Source of the DNA: a virus
Taxonomy: Duplodnaviria > Caudoviricetes
Reading direction: 5' to 3' (one strand)
IMG/VR virus record: IMGVR_UViG_3300011339_000921
Coordinates: 1 to 55,792 of that record
Length of the DNA stretch: 55,792 nucleotides
The position numbers and the translations under genes were made by a program. Within the stretch, counting starts at the first letter, position 1. Each line of letters opens with the position of its first letter. The notes beneath the pieces are model-generated. The model saw nothing but the letters and a program-made list of their open reading frames with translations. It was not told the DNA's origin and made no database searches. Below are positions 26,273 to 36,950 of the stretch, piece after piece.

Positions 26273-27211
26273 ATGGCAACGATACCCGTTCGTGACCAGA
26301 TTCACTGGCACGAGATACGATCTCAACACGTTGGCGCGAGCGAAGTCTCGGCGCTGTTCGGGATGTCCCCGTTCACGACGCACTGGCAGCTATGGATGGA
26401 GAAGGCCGGCAAGCTGCCGCCCGAAGATCTGTCTGGCAACAAGTCCATCCAAGCTGGCACGTTCCTCGAAAGCGGCATTGCCAACTGGGCAGCCCATCGC
26501 TGGGACATGAAGATCGAGAAGGTGATGGACTACTACACGGCCGACGACTGCCCCGGCATGGGCGCATCGCTGGATTTCCAGACGGACGGTGGCCACCCGG
26601 TCGAGATCAAGTGGTCGGCCCACGGCGACGGCTGGGAATACGAAGGCGACACGATCACCTGCGCTCCTGACAGTTACGTCATGCAGGTTCTGCACCAGAT
26701 GGCCTGCACGGGTGCTGAGTATGGCTGGCTGATTGCGCTGCTGCGCAACGAGCCCCGCCGCATGAAGATCCCCCGCAGTGTGGAGATAATTTCGAAAATT
26801 AAATCTCATGTCTCTGCCTTCTGGGATAGTGTACGTTCCGGCGAGGAGCCCGCGATCGACTTCGAGAAGGACGGCGACGCCGTCGTGCGCCTGCTGGACT
26901 TCGTGCCCATCTCGGACGTGACGCTGGGCGGTGAGCATGCCCACCTGTTTCAGAAGTATCTGGAGAGCGCCGCCGCCGAGAAGGAGGCGAAGGCCAGCAA
27001 GGAATCGGCCAAGACCGAACTCCTCGCCCTGTGCGTCGAGGAGATGGGCAAGATGAACACGTCGCAGGACAAGGCCGTCGTTAAGTGCGGCGACCACAAG
27101 ATGTCGATCAGCACCATCAAGGCGTCGGTCGGCACGGAGATCACCGCGGAGATGATCGGCAACTTCTACGGCGCCCGCTCCGGCTACAAGAAAGTTACGG
27201 TGTCAAAATGA
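26273..27211 (+). CDS. YqaJ-like (lambda-exonuclease family) recombination nuclease
   Basis: WHEIR...VGASEV...GTFLE...ASLD...EIK...YVMQVLHQM. Confidence 0.9.
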   Translation: MATIPVRDQIHWHEIRSQHVGASEVSALFGMSPFTTHWQLWMEKAGKLPPEDLSGNKSIQAGTFLESGIANWAAHRWDMKIEKVMDYYTADDCPGMGASLDFQTDGGHPVEIKWSAHGDGWEYEGDTITCAPDSYVMQVLHQMACTGAEYGWLIALLRNEPRRMKIPRSVEIISKIKSHVSAFWDSVRSGEEPAIDFEKDGDAVVRLLDFVPISDVTLGGEHAHLFQKYLESAAAEKEAKASKESAKTELLALCVEEMGKMNTSQDKAVVKCGDHKMSISTIKASVGTEITAEMIGNFYGARSGYKKVTVSK

Positions 27212-27393
27212 TGAGGTACACTGTGGTCAAAAGAGACGACGTGATGATGCGGGTCGACCGCGCGTTGCTGGCCAAGCTCCGCTCGATCGCCGGACGCCAC
27301 CCGCTCAAGCCCACCCTGCGCGCCACTGTCGAGCGCGCCATCGAACTCATGATCGAAGATCTCGAAGAGGAACTGAACAATGTCAGCAAGTAA
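27208..27393 (+). CDS. Putative ribbon-helix-helix regulator
   Basis: VMMRVDRALLAKLRSIA...LRATVERAIEL beta-alpha-alpha pattern. Confidence 0.55.
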   Translation: MMRYTVVKRDDVMMRVDRALLAKLRSIAGRHPLKPTLRATVERAIELMIEDLEEELNNVSK

Positions 27394-28420
27394 TCTCCCC
27401 GCCAAACCGATGGACCGGTTCAAGCAGGAACTCGCCATGCGCGAGAGCCACCTGCGTAGCCTCCTGCCGCAGGCGATGACCGTCGATAAGTTCCAAGGCA
27501 TCGTCGTTGCCGCCGTGGCCGACAACATGGACCTGCTGGAGTGCGACCGCGGCTCGCTGCTGAAGGCGTGCCTGAGCGCCGCAGAACTGGGCCTGAGCCT
27601 CAACAAGAGCATGGGTGAGGCCGACATCCTCAAGGTGTGGGACGGCCGCCTGAAGAAGAACGTGGCGCAGTTCCGGCCTCGCTATAAGGGCCTGATGAAG
27701 CTGGCCATGCAGTCGGGCGAAGTGATGAAGATCGAGAGCCGGCTGGTCCACGAGAACGATGTGTTCGAAGTGGAGGAAGGGCTCGACGCCCGCATCGTCC
27801 ACAAGCACGGGCTGTCCGACCGCGGCGCGATGGTTGGCGCCTACTGCGTGTGGAAACTGAAGAACGGCCAGACCCAGTTCGAGGTGATGAACAAGGAGCA
27901 GATCCTTGCCATCCGCGATCGCTCGTCGGCCAAGACCAAGGATGGCAACGTCGTCGGCCCGTGGAAGACGGACGAAGCCGAGATGTGGCGCAAGACCGTG
28001 GTTCGCCGTGCCAGCAAGTACATGCCGCTCTCGACCGAAGCGCAGCGCGCTGTGGCCGTGGACAATCAGGCGGAAGGCGTGATCGAAGGTGATGAGTACA
28101 AGGGCCGAGAGGTCGACATCACCGACTTCGACGAGGTCCCGGCGGCTGAGGTTCAGGTTCAGAGCCTCGAAGAGAAGCTGGCCGCCAAGACAACGGCAGC
28201 ACCGCGCCCGAAGAAGGCGCTCCACATCGACGTTCTAGAGCCTCAGGAAGAGGGCGACATGGTGGACTGGGATGGCTGGTGCGAAGCCGCATGCGACATC
28301 GTCGCGAAGCTGACACCGGAGGAGCGTGGTGAGTGGCGGGAACTGCACAACGGCTATCTCGACGAAGCTGAACTGCTGTCCCCGCGCGGCGCCCTGCAAC
28401 TGCTGAAACTGTTTAACTGA
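27380..28420 (+). CDS. recT: RecT-family single-strand annealing protein
   Basis: LLECDRGSLL..AAELGL, YKGL, GPWKTDEAEMWRKTVVRRASKYMPLS. Confidence 0.92.
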   Translation: MSASNLPAKPMDRFKQELAMRESHLRSLLPQAMTVDKFQGIVVAAVADNMDLLECDRGSLLKACLSAAELGLSLNKSMGEADILKVWDGRLKKNVAQFRPRYKGLMKLAMQSGEVMKIESRLVHENDVFEVEEGLDARIVHKHGLSDRGAMVGAYCVWKLKNGQTQFEVMNKEQILAIRDRSSAKTKDGNVVGPWKTDEAEMWRKTVVRRASKYMPLSTEAQRAVAVDNQAEGVIEGDEYKGREVDITDFDEVPAAEVQVQSLEEKLAAKTTAAPRPKKALHIDVLEPQEEGDMVDWDGWCEAACDIVAKLTPEERGEWRELHNGYLDEAELLSPRGALQLLKLFN

Positions 28421-28431
28421 GGAGAGAGTGA

Positions 28432-28878
28432 ATGGCTGGATATAACCGCGCAATTTTGATCGGCAGGGTGGGCAAAGACCCCGAAGCCCGCACCTTTGCC
28501 AACGGCGGCAAGATCGTCACGTTCAGCGTGGCCACGTCCGAAACGTGGAAGGACAAGGCCAGTGGCGAGCGCAAAGAGCGCACCGAGTGGCACAACATCA
28601 AGATCGAAAACGAGAACGCTGCTGGCGTTGCCGAACGCTTTATCCGCAAAGGCAGCGAGGTCAGCATCGAAGGTAGCATCCAGACCCGCAAGTGGCAGGA
28701 CAAGGACGGCAACGATCGCTACACGACCGAGATCGTGGTCGGCCGCTTCGATGGTAAGCTGACGCTGATCGGCGGTCGTCAGGCGGGAGATGCGGATTCC
28801 GGCGGGAACGGTGGCGGACACCGCCCCGCCAGCGGGAACACGGCGCCGCCCCCGCTGGACGACGATGTCCCGTTCTGA
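28432..28878 (+). CDS. ssb: Single-stranded DNA-binding protein
   Basis: NRAILIGRVGKDPE...ATSETWKD...TEWH, DDDVPF tail. Confidence 0.97.
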   Translation: MAGYNRAILIGRVGKDPEARTFANGGKIVTFSVATSETWKDKASGERKERTEWHNIKIENENAAGVAERFIRKGSEVSIEGSIQTRKWQDKDGNDRYTTEIVVGRFDGKLTLIGGRQAGDADSGGNGGGHRPASGNTAPPPLDDDVPF

Positions 28879-28885
28879 GTGATGA

Positions 28886-28913
28886 AGCAGGCGGCCTTAA
28901 CGGGTCGCCTGCT
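28886..28913. terminator. Hairpin at the convergence of early and late transcripts
   Basis: AGCAGGCGGCC-ttaacg-GGTCGCCTGCT; no clear U-tract. Confidence 0.5.
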
Positions 28914-31900
28914 CCACCTGATTATAGACCCGGTTGAAGCGCACGAACTCACCGTCGGCACGCTCCCGAAGAACCTCAAGGCGCTCAGCCTTCGTCCCCT
29001 CATCGATATCCAGATTCCGGATACGATTGCGTTCTTCGTTCAGTTTCTTAATCGCTGAACGCGCACTGGTCAGGGCTGACTGGACACGCGGGCTGGTTTC
29101 GACCGGGAACTTTTCACGCAACGACGCTCTCTCGGCTCCGGTCAGATCCTTCATCTGCTGGTTCACGACGCGCGCTTTCTCTTCGCGTTCATAATACTCG
29201 CCTACGTTACGGCCCTTGCCGGGCTGCCCTGTAAGGCGACGAACCACAGGAGCGGCCGCGGCATCGCCCTCTGAACCTGTTCGATAAAGCGCCTTGGCCA
29301 GATTGGTCACGCCACCGAAAGCGAACTCCGTGAGGTATTCGAAGCTTTCGGGAGGGAAGTTCATGCCGCCCTTGATCCGGCCTTCGCCGCCGCTGATGTC
29401 GTTCAGAAACTGAGACAGGTCCTTATATCCTTCCCACGTATTGAACCGGGCAGCCGAAGCGTACGACTGCCCCCTGTCGAACGGCTCGTTGTAGATCGGC
29501 TTGCCCATGAAGTTTTCATTGAGCATGAGTTCGACGAACGGCTTGCCCATCGTCGGCGTCGCTGCGCGTGCGATAGAGCTTTGAACGCTCCCCGCGCTGA
29601 ATTGCACCGGGGAGAAGTTCCCGAGACCAGCGGTCGCGATGTCGAGACCGACGGCGCCGAGATCGTCACCGCGGCGTGCGGCATCCATCGTCCGGGTTGC
29701 CAGATACGGGAAGAAGCCAAACCCATAGGGCATCGGGATCTTGGCGTAGGTCTTCCCGTCGAGCGGGTTCATGATGATGAGGTTGCGCTCTTTCTCGTAG
29801 TCCGAGATCTTGTCCCAGAAGAGCTTGCCATCATCGTCCTCGTCAGAGATGGCCGCGTTCGCAGCCGCCAGCGTGGCAGCCGTGGTCATCATGCCAAGCA
29901 GCGCCGCCTGAGTGGTGGACAGCTTGCCCGTCTTGAACGGGTTGTTCGACAGGGCCCGAGCCGTGCGGACGCTGCCCTGAATGCCGGCGTTGAAGAAGGC
30001 GTACAGAGCGTTCAGCAGTGCGCCCGCCTCACCGCGGCGGTTGAAGTCCACGGTGGCCTCACGGGAAAGCATGGCGGCCTGTTCACGGCTCATGCCGGTA
30101 TCGAGCGCGGCCCGGTATGCAGCGAAGCGGATGCCGTTCTCGAAGATGGCGTTGGTGCTTTCAAGCGCGCCGACCATAGCGCGGAAGCCCTTGCCGGTCG
30201 GAGTCCACACCGCGTCAATGGCCTGCTTCGCAGTGCGCGCATCCTTCAGATCCTGCAGACTTTCATTGACCGTCTTCAGGTCTTTCTGGATCCGAGCCGC
30301 AGCCTCTTGCGGGGTGTCGCGCTGCACCCATGACACCGAACCGCCGTCGAGCTTGAACTGCTCGTACAGGTCGCGCATCGCAGGGTCGCTGCCCCTACGG
30401 CCATACTCGAATGCGGCGATGGTGCGGAACGCCTTCTTGTCCTTCACGTTCTTGCCGAACGCCTTCAACAGCCCCGGCGCCTCAGCGCCAAGGTTCAGCG
30501 CGGCGGACTGCAGATCGCGGAAGACATTCGGCACGAAGAAGTCCGGGTTCGCCGTCGTGAACGAGCGGGACAGCATGCGGGTCAGGTTGCTCGAAATCTG
30601 CAGGAGCGAGTTCATCTGCTGCGGATTCAGGTTCTTCGCTGCCTTCGCCAGCAACGGGTCATCGATGCGCAGGTAGAAAATCTCGCCACCCCGCTTCACG
30701 ACCATGAAGTTCGGATCGTAGGGGCCCGGACGCTGGATGTCGCCCTTCTGGTTGCGTGGCGGGTTCCGATAGCTGAACACTTTCCACGAGTCCGACGGGT
30801 TGTCGACGAAGAAGGTCATCAGCTTCTGGCCGACACGGTTGCGCTCGCCGCGGACGATGGATGTGCCTACGTCAGAGATGAACGTGCCCAGAGGGGAGAA
30901 GCCCAAGCTGGTGCGGCCGCGCGTATCATACCATTCGCGGACGCTTACACCGAAGCCGCTGCCGCCGTAGCCCATCACGTCCTCGAAGTCTTCAGCAGGC
31001 TCAGTCAGGTTTTCATCAAGGACAAAGCCCTTCATCGGGACGTAGTCGGGCTCCTCGCGCAGCAGGCGCTCGCCCATCTCACGGGACACGAGGCCGCGCT
31101 GGATGTTGTTCTCCATCCGCTCCTTGTTGGCGCGGTTGAAGATCTCGCCGATGCGCTCAAGGGCCGGGAAATAATCCTGACCCCGGAAGCCGTTCATGAT
31201 GTCGTTGGCTTCGTCCGTCGTCATGCCGGAGCCCGCTTCCGGAATCTTGCCGTCGGCATATGCCTTCGCAATCGCAGCCTTGATGTCGGGGTCAGCCTTC
31301 GCAATGGCCGCTTGGATTTCCGTCTTGCTGGCGCCGTCGGCTTCCAGCTTGGAGCGGATCTTGCCCTCCATCTTGGTACGGATTTCTTTCTCCACCTTGG
31401 CCTGCAGGCGCGCGTTGCGAGCCGGCGCGGCGCGGGCATAGAGGTAGGCGTCGACCGTCTCCAGATTGAGCCCAGCCTCCTTCATGATCTTCTCGATCGG
31501 TAGGAAGTAGTCCCGGTTGAACTTCGCCATTAGTTCGCCGGCGCGGCTGTCAAACTTACGGGCAGCTTCATAGAAACCCTCGATGCCAGCGCGCAACTGG
31601 CCAAGGTTCTGCACCACGCGCAGCCGCTCGAATCGATCGACGATCTTGCGAGACCAAGATTCACCGCGCGTTTCTTTGGTGGGGGTAATGCTGGGCGGCG
31701 GCGCCGGCGGCTGCTGCGGAGGCGGCGACGGGGGCGGCGACGGGGGCGGCGACGGAGGCGGCGACGGAGGCGAAGGCGGCGGGGGCGCCGGAGGTTGCTG
31801 CGGGGGTGGCGAAGGGGGCGCAGGCGAAGGGGGCGGCGCAGGCGAAGGGGGCGATGGCGGAGTGCCGCCACCAGTTCCTCCAATGCCAACCGCAGATGCC

Positions 31901-34668
31901 ACAACGCCAGAGGTCAAATCGTCAATGCCCTGCTGACCTTCAGGAATAATCCTGTCAGAAATCTCAATCAGCCGAGCGAGCGCGTTCTGGTCCTTAGGTC
32001 CGACACCAAGCAGCTTGCCGATGTAGCGCACAAAGTCTGTGAAGGCATTGCCAGTCTTGGTAGTAATGGTCTTGAGGTAGTCCTGAAAGTTGCTGTCAGT
32101 CAGACCCCACGCGAGGATCTCGTTAGGATCCTGACGGTAAATCCTATACTTATTGCTCCATGTAATCTTTCCAGCTTTCTGGTCTTCACGCATCCTCTTT
32201 GCAACGACCCTAGACAGGGCCTTCAATTCTTTAACCGCCTTGACAATTTCAGAATTGGGAGGGAGCCTATTCTCAAAGTCAATCCCGAGCATAGTGACAG
32301 CATGAATAAGCTCGTGCGCAAGAATGCTTTCGGAAACGCCGGGATCGTTAAGGTCCATGCCGCGCAGGGCGACGTTCATCGACGCTTCCCACGGGCGCCA
32401 TGAAGCCACGCCCCGCTCATTCGTCTTCAGCTTAAGGCCGGGGACGCCTTCCTTTCCTGCAGTTTGAACGCCGATGCGAAGCTCCACCCCAGCATTTTCA
32501 AATGCGTCCAGAATGTTTGCAATGCGGGGCATAAAAGCGCGAGTGGTGTCGAGGACCGCAGTCTGGCCCAGTTCCCTCGCCACCTGCGGCATCGTCTTGC
32601 CGGCAATCATCTTCTGGATTTGAGCGGTCGCGGTCTCTGCAGCGGCGAACTGCTCAGGCGTGATCGGCTCGACGTCCTCAATCGGGGTTGCGGATATAGA
32701 CTCCCTAGGAGGCGTTATATCAATCGGACCTGACGGGGTTTCGACTGATGCAAACCTAGACACGGGTTCGGCGGTGGGAGGCGCGGCGGGTGCGGCGCCG
32801 ACGGTCGCCCCCTGCAGAAACGCTTCAGAGAAATTGTCAGCAGACGGGCGACCGTTCTCGCTGGTCAGGTTGGCGGCAAAGGAGCGAATCTTATCGGCGT
32901 TGAGAGACCTTGCGCGCTGGCCATCGGTACCAAAGACGTGAACCGGGACAGGTTGATCACCATTGAGATCCCGAATTACCATCATGCGATGACGACCATC
33001 GTGACTGCTGACCTTGCCCGTCTCGAAATTCACATCCAAGAATGGGGAGCCTACAGGCTTGCCTGAAGAGATTTCCTTGGTGAGATAATCAAGGCTGCTC
33101 TGCTTAGGCGCCTCCAGATCGGCGGCAAGTTCAAGAAACTTTGACGGCTTCATCATCACCGTGAAGCCTCTGTAATCCACTTGCTGATTAAGTGGCACCT
33201 GCCCAATGCCGGATTCCTGATCGAACGTAACAACGCCAACCTGCGAACGCTTCTCCGTGTTATCGGGTCCGGGAGCCAGTTCTGTCGTCGGCTCTAGCGC
33301 AGCGGTGGCCACAGACTCAGCTACAGGCACAGGCTCCGGCACGGGCGCGGGCTCCGGCACGGGCGCGGGCTCAGGCACAGGCTCCGGCACAGGCTCCGGC
33401 ACAGGCTCGACCACCGGAGGGGCCCCCGTCCCCTGTCTCGCTTCCCAGTCAGCGCGGGGGACAACCTCATATGTGCCGTCCGGATTTTCAATAACCACTT
33501 CTTCGTCTTCAACAACGACGAAGGGAGCCGCGGGCGCAACAGGCGCCGGCTCAGGGGCGGGAGGAGCGCCGAAAGGCGTGACCGGGACGCCGGCTTCGGG
33601 CTCAACAGGCGGGGCTGGCGGCGGCGGCTCCGTTCCCGGCTCCGCTTCTGGCCCGCGCAAGCCGCTCAGACCGCCGGCGCCGCCGCCCATAGTGCCGCCT
33701 AGGATCAGACCCGCAGCCGCGCGACCACCAAGATCTTGGGTGAGTTCCACGTTCGGATCGATGGCCTGCGCGCCGATGTTCTCAGCGACACCCTGACCGG
33801 TTTCCTGAACTAGTTCGGTGCCGCCTTCACGAATGACGCCTTCAGCGCCACCGCGGACAACGCCTCGACGCAGGCCGCCAGTGAGAAGCGCAGCTTCAAG
33901 ACCAAGCGGACCAGTGGCAGCCGCAATCGGAGCAGCGACCGCAGCAGCGCGACGAGCAGCAGAGATAGCCGCAGCGTTGCGCGCTTCTTCAGGCGTCGCC
34001 CCTTCCGCGATGGCGGCCTGATACGCGTCTGAGCGCGCCACCACTTCCTGCGGCATCTGGCTCACGCGGTCGTAGGTGGTCTGCGCCGCGTCGCCACCAA
34101 CGATGGCGGCCTCGCCAGTGGCCGCGCCTGCCAGAGCGCCACGCTTCGCTGCCTGTTGACTAATCAGGCGACCAGCCAGAGCGCGGCCAGCGAGGGCGCC
34201 ACCTCCCGTACCCACCATCGCTGGGAGCGTCTGGGCAACGCCAGCAGCCAGCGACAGGGGATCGGTCAACAGTTCCTTCGCCTGCTGTCCAAAGCCAGAG
34301 AGCATCCCCTCCTTCTCAGCTTCAGCCACGCGCTCTGCCTGCTGACGCTGGCGCTCGCGGAATGCCTCTGTCTGCAGACCCTCGCCGAACTCCTCAACGG
34401 CTTTGCCGGCGCGAGTGGAGATGTTGTCCATGTCGCCGGTAACAAGACCGGTAAGCTGGCCCGGAAGGGAAACGGTCTGGCCAGCGCCGCGAACGAGTGC
34501 GCCACCTACGTCGCGGATGATGGAGGTTTCACCCAGCCCGACCCGATCATAGAATTCGTCTTCGGGGATATCGCTGTAAAACTTGGTCCGCAGAGAGTCC
34601 GCAAGCTGCCTATCGCTCAGATCGCTATACTGAGGATACTTCTTGCGGATTTCAGCGATGGTAGCCAT
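28897..34668 (-). CDS. Large polyvalent internal virion/ejection protein with C-terminal LPD38-like domain
   Basis: 1923 aa; DFNRRG..LNALYAFFNAGIQG, KIPMPYGF; internal HDGRHR (ParB-like) and HELIH (zincin) segments; Pro-rich linkers. Confidence 0.8.
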   Translation of the reverse strand: MATIAEIRKKYPQYSDLSDRQLADSLRTKFYSDIPEDEFYDRVGLGETSIIRDVGGALVRGAGQTVSLPGQLTGLVTGDMDNISTRAGKAVEEFGEGLQTEAFRERQRQQAERVAEAEKEGMLSGFGQQAKELLTDPLSLAAGVAQTLPAMVGTGGGALAGRALAGRLISQQAAKRGALAGAATGEAAIVGGDAAQTTYDRVSQMPQEVVARSDAYQAAIAEGATPEEARNAAAISAARRAAAVAAPIAAATGPLGLEAALLTGGLRRGVVRGGAEGVIREGGTELVQETGQGVAENIGAQAIDPNVELTQDLGGRAAAGLILGGTMGGGAGGLSGLRGPEAEPGTEPPPPAPPVEPEAGVPVTPFGAPPAPEPAPVAPAAPFVVVEDEEVVIENPDGTYEVVPRADWEARQGTGAPPVVEPVPEPVPEPVPEPAPVPEPAPVPEPVPVAESVATAALEPTTELAPGPDNTEKRSQVGVVTFDQESGIGQVPLNQQVDYRGFTVMMKPSKFLELAADLEAPKQSSLDYLTKEISSGKPVGSPFLDVNFETGKVSSHDGRHRMMVIRDLNGDQPVPVHVFGTDGQRARSLNADKIRSFAANLTSENGRPSADNFSEAFLQGATVGAAPAAPPTAEPVSRFASVETPSGPIDITPPRESISATPIEDVEPITPEQFAAAETATAQIQKMIAGKTMPQVARELGQTAVLDTTRAFMPRIANILDAFENAGVELRIGVQTAGKEGVPGLKLKTNERGVASWRPWEASMNVALRGMDLNDPGVSESILAHELIHAVTMLGIDFENRLPPNSEIVKAVKELKALSRVVAKRMREDQKAGKITWSNKYRIYRQDPNEILAWGLTDSNFQDYLKTITTKTGNAFTDFVRYIGKLLGVGPKDQNALARLIEISDRIIPEGQQGIDDLTSGVVASAVGIGGTGGGTPPSPPSPAPPPSPAPPSPPPQQPPAPPPPSPPSPPPSPPPSPPPSPPPQQPPAPPPSITPTKETRGESWSRKIVDRFERLRVVQNLGQLRAGIEGFYEAARKFDSRAGELMAKFNRDYFLPIEKIMKEAGLNLETVDAYLYARAAPARNARLQAKVEKEIRTKMEGKIRSKLEADGASKTEIQAAIAKADPDIKAAIAKAYADGKIPEAGSGMTTDEANDIMNGFRGQDYFPALERIGEIFNRANKERMENNIQRGLVSREMGERLLREEPDYVPMKGFVLDENLTEPAEDFEDVMGYGGSGFGVSVREWYDTRGRTSLGFSPLGTFISDVGTSIVRGERNRVGQKLMTFFVDNPSDSWKVFSYRNPPRNQKGDIQRPGPYDPNFMVVKRGGEIFYLRIDDPLLAKAAKNLNPQQMNSLLQISSNLTRMLSRSFTTANPDFFVPNVFRDLQSAALNLGAEAPGLLKAFGKNVKDKKAFRTIAAFEYGRRGSDPAMRDLYEQFKLDGGSVSWVQRDTPQEAAARIQKDLKTVNESLQDLKDARTAKQAIDAVWTPTGKGFRAMVGALESTNAIFENGIRFAAYRAALDTGMSREQAAMLSREATVDFNRRGEAGALLNALYAFFNAGIQGSVRTARALSNNPFKTGKLSTTQAALLGMMTTAATLAAANAAISDEDDDGKLFWDKISDYEKERNLIIMNPLDGKTYAKIPMPYGFGFFPYLATRTMDAARRGDDLGAVGLDIATAGLGNFSPVQFSAGSVQSSIARAATPTMGKPFVELMLNENFMGKPIYNEPFDRGQSYASAARFNTWEGYKDLSQFLNDISGGEGRIKGGMNFPPESFEYLTEFAFGGVTNLAKALYRTGSEGDAAAAPVVRRLTGQPGKGRNVGEYYEREEKARVVNQQMKDLTGAERASLREKFPVETSPRVQSALTSARSAIKKLNEERNRIRNLDIDEGTKAERLEVLRERADGEFVRFNRVYNQVEQATR

Positions 34669-34674
34669 GACGGA

Positions 34675-34703
34675 ACCATACCCCGTTTAGCGGCGGAGAC
34701 CAA
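34675..34703 (-). promoter_or_regulatory. Putative leaderless promoter of the giant gene
   Basis: TTGGTC-17 nt-TATGGT-6 nt-ATG; no SD. Confidence 0.55.
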
Positions 34704-35979
34704 GCGGGTCCGCCGATATCGCCGTCGAAGTGGCACGCTGCGGCTTAGCCCCGATGTAAGGCGAGGATCCATAGCGACGGGCAAATGTGCGCGACAGAGA
34801 TTCCAGTTTTGCGCGAGAGGACAGGTAGGCACTGTTAATTTCAGCCGGAACCGCACTAGCCTTCATACCGTTCTGGCGAAGAGCTTCGTTATAGGCGGCG
34901 CGAGCGCCTTCGTATTCGGCCGCCACCTTGTCCAGTTCGTTGCGGTCCTGCCGGCCTTCAACGTCGGCCTTGCCCCCGCCACCACGATCTTCGCGATCAA
35001 GATCCCTGATTCGGGCTTCTGCAATGCGCCTCTCCAAGGCGGCTGCCGCAGGCGCATTCTGTAAATTAAACTCAGCCGTGCCAACTTCGGCCTTACCCTT
35101 GCGCAGCCGCAGCGGGATCTCTTCATCCCTCACCGCCGCATCGATCGCCTCCCTCTCCATACCCTGCGCACTAGCAACACGCGCGGCAGCGGCCTCGCGA
35201 GCCTTCTCCTGCATGGTGTAACGGTCGATCATCGCCTGTTCGCGGGCTTCAGCGACGCCCTCGACGCCCTGCTCGTTCGCACGACGCGACCGGCCATATT
35301 CCTGAAGACCGGTCTGCAGACCGCGACTCAGTGCCTCGCCGAAGTTCTCGCCGCGACGACCCTGAGCCATAGCCGCGCCGCCAGCCAGCAGCGCCTCCCA
35401 CGGTGAGCGCGATTTGTCTTGAGCCAGCAACTCCTCGCGACGCGCGAGACGCGCCTGACGACCCTCCAGAGCGGACCGAAGCTCCTCTGGGACCGAAGCC
35501 CCTTCTTCCGCCTGCACGCGCGCCTGAAGCTGCTGAGCGCGGTCCTTCAGCGCGCGCATCTCGACCTGAGCCATAATGTCCGGCGGCTGCTTGTTGGCCG
35601 CCGCCTGACGAATCTCACCCTGAAGCGCGCCGATCCGGGCCAGAGTGCCTTCCAACACTGGCCTGAGTTCAGACGGGCGCGGGGCCGCGCGCTGCGGGGC
35701 TTCCGCCTGTGGCTGCGGCTCAGGCTGGGGAGTGGTCTGCGCCGTTGGTTTAGGCGCGACCAGCGGGACACCCGGCTGCATCGGAGCGGGCGTAGCAGGC
35801 GTGACCGTGCGCGGCGGCGGGGCTATCATCAGCCCGGCGCCAGTCGCGGTCTGTGGTGCGCCCGCGGATTCCGTAACGATCTGCCGGACAAGATCTTCCA
35901 GACTCCGACCCTTGTTCTGCCCGGTCCGGATCATCTGCTCTGCAAGAGCGCGAGCCTTTTCAATATCCATAGCGGCCAT
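34687..35979 (-). CDS. Putative internal virion/ejection protein
   Basis: Helical Ala/Arg/Glu-rich; in the ejection-gene position. Confidence 0.6.
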   Translation of the reverse strand: MAAMDIEKARALAEQMIRTGQNKGRSLEDLVRQIVTESAGAPQTATGAGLMIAPPPRTVTPATPAPMQPGVPLVAPKPTAQTTPQPEPQPQAEAPQRAAPRPSELRPVLEGTLARIGALQGEIRQAAANKQPPDIMAQVEMRALKDRAQQLQARVQAEEGASVPEELRSALEGRQARLARREELLAQDKSRSPWEALLAGGAAMAQGRRGENFGEALSRGLQTGLQEYGRSRRANEQGVEGVAEAREQAMIDRYTMQEKAREAAAARVASAQGMEREAIDAAVRDEEIPLRLRKGKAEVGTAEFNLQNAPAAAALERRIAEARIRDLDREDRGGGGKADVEGRQDRNELDKVAAEYEGARAAYNEALRQNGMKASAVPAEINSAYLSSRAKLESLSRTFARRYGSSPYIGAKPQRATSTAISADPLGLRR

Positions 35980-36950
35980 CAGCGCACATCCTTCAGCCAG
36001 CCAAGCCCGTGCATCGGGCTCTTCAGGTTACGCTTTCCATCTTTGACGGGGCTCTCGATCGCGCCGCCTTCTTTTTTGAACAGGCCCGACAGCCAGCCAC
36101 CCTTGCCGAATCCGCCACTCGCACCGATAGCACCAAGGATCGTTGCGCCAGTGCCCAGAGCAGACCCGAAACCAGACGTGCCCGGCTCACTTCGAACTGT
36201 CGTCCCGCCGCCATAGGGCGACACGCCGCCACCGATACCCGCAAACTGACGGACCTGCTCAAGCGGAAAGTCGCGCTGGCGCTGAAAGTCTTCGTAACGT
36301 AGGTCAGCCGAACGCTGGCCCAATTCTTGCCTCTTCTCACCGATGGCTTCAAGCCCGGCCAGTTCACGGAATCGCTGCTGCTGCTCACTCTCGCCGAGAG
36401 CGCCATACTGCTTCGCCCCTTCAAGAGCGCGCCCAGCCTCAGCGCCATAGAGATCGGCGCCAGACTTATAGGCGTCAGACATCGCCTCAATCTGCTTGCT
36501 CAGCGCCTGATTCTGCGTGTCGCGAACGGCGCGCTGCGTGAACTCCGCACTGCGTGACCCGCCGAAAGTGCCCCCGCCCACGAAGGTCCGGTTAAGCTGC
36601 GGCAGGATGTTTTCGGAAAGATTGCGCGCTGCCGTCGAACCGATCCCAGAAATCACGTTCTGGATGTACGGATTCATATAGCGATTGGCGACGCCCGGGT
36701 CCGTGAACGATCCCATCGCGCGGTTGGTCGCTGTGGTGGCGGCGTTCAGGTACGGCTGATAAGAGCCCATTCCCTGCTTGTAGAGGTCGAACGCCTCCAA
36801 CTGTTCCTGCTGGAAGGGGTTGATGCGCGGCTTATCATATTCGATATAGTCGCCCGTCGTTGCAGCGGATGCCCGGCCGAGAACGTCCTTGGCGAACTGC
36901 TCATACCATGCCGGCAGAATGACTTGAGTCTGGGTAGTTTCCGTCGCCAT
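35979..36950 (-). CDS. Putative DNA-ejection (pilot) protein
   Basis: YMNPYIQNV, GTFGGSR motifs, Gly-rich hydrophobic C-terminus. Confidence 0.65.
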   Translation of the reverse strand: MATETTQTQVILPAWYEQFAKDVLGRASAATTGDYIEYDKPRINPFQQEQLEAFDLYKQGMGSYQPYLNAATTATNRAMGSFTDPGVANRYMNPYIQNVISGIGSTAARNLSENILPQLNRTFVGGGTFGGSRSAEFTQRAVRDTQNQALSKQIEAMSDAYKSGADLYGAEAGRALEGAKQYGALGESEQQQRFRELAGLEAIGEKRQELGQRSADLRYEDFQRQRDFPLEQVRQFAGIGGGVSPYGGGTTVRSEPGTSGFGSALGTGATILGAIGASGGFGKGGWLSGLFKKEGGAIESPVKDGKRNLKSPMHGLGWLKDVR

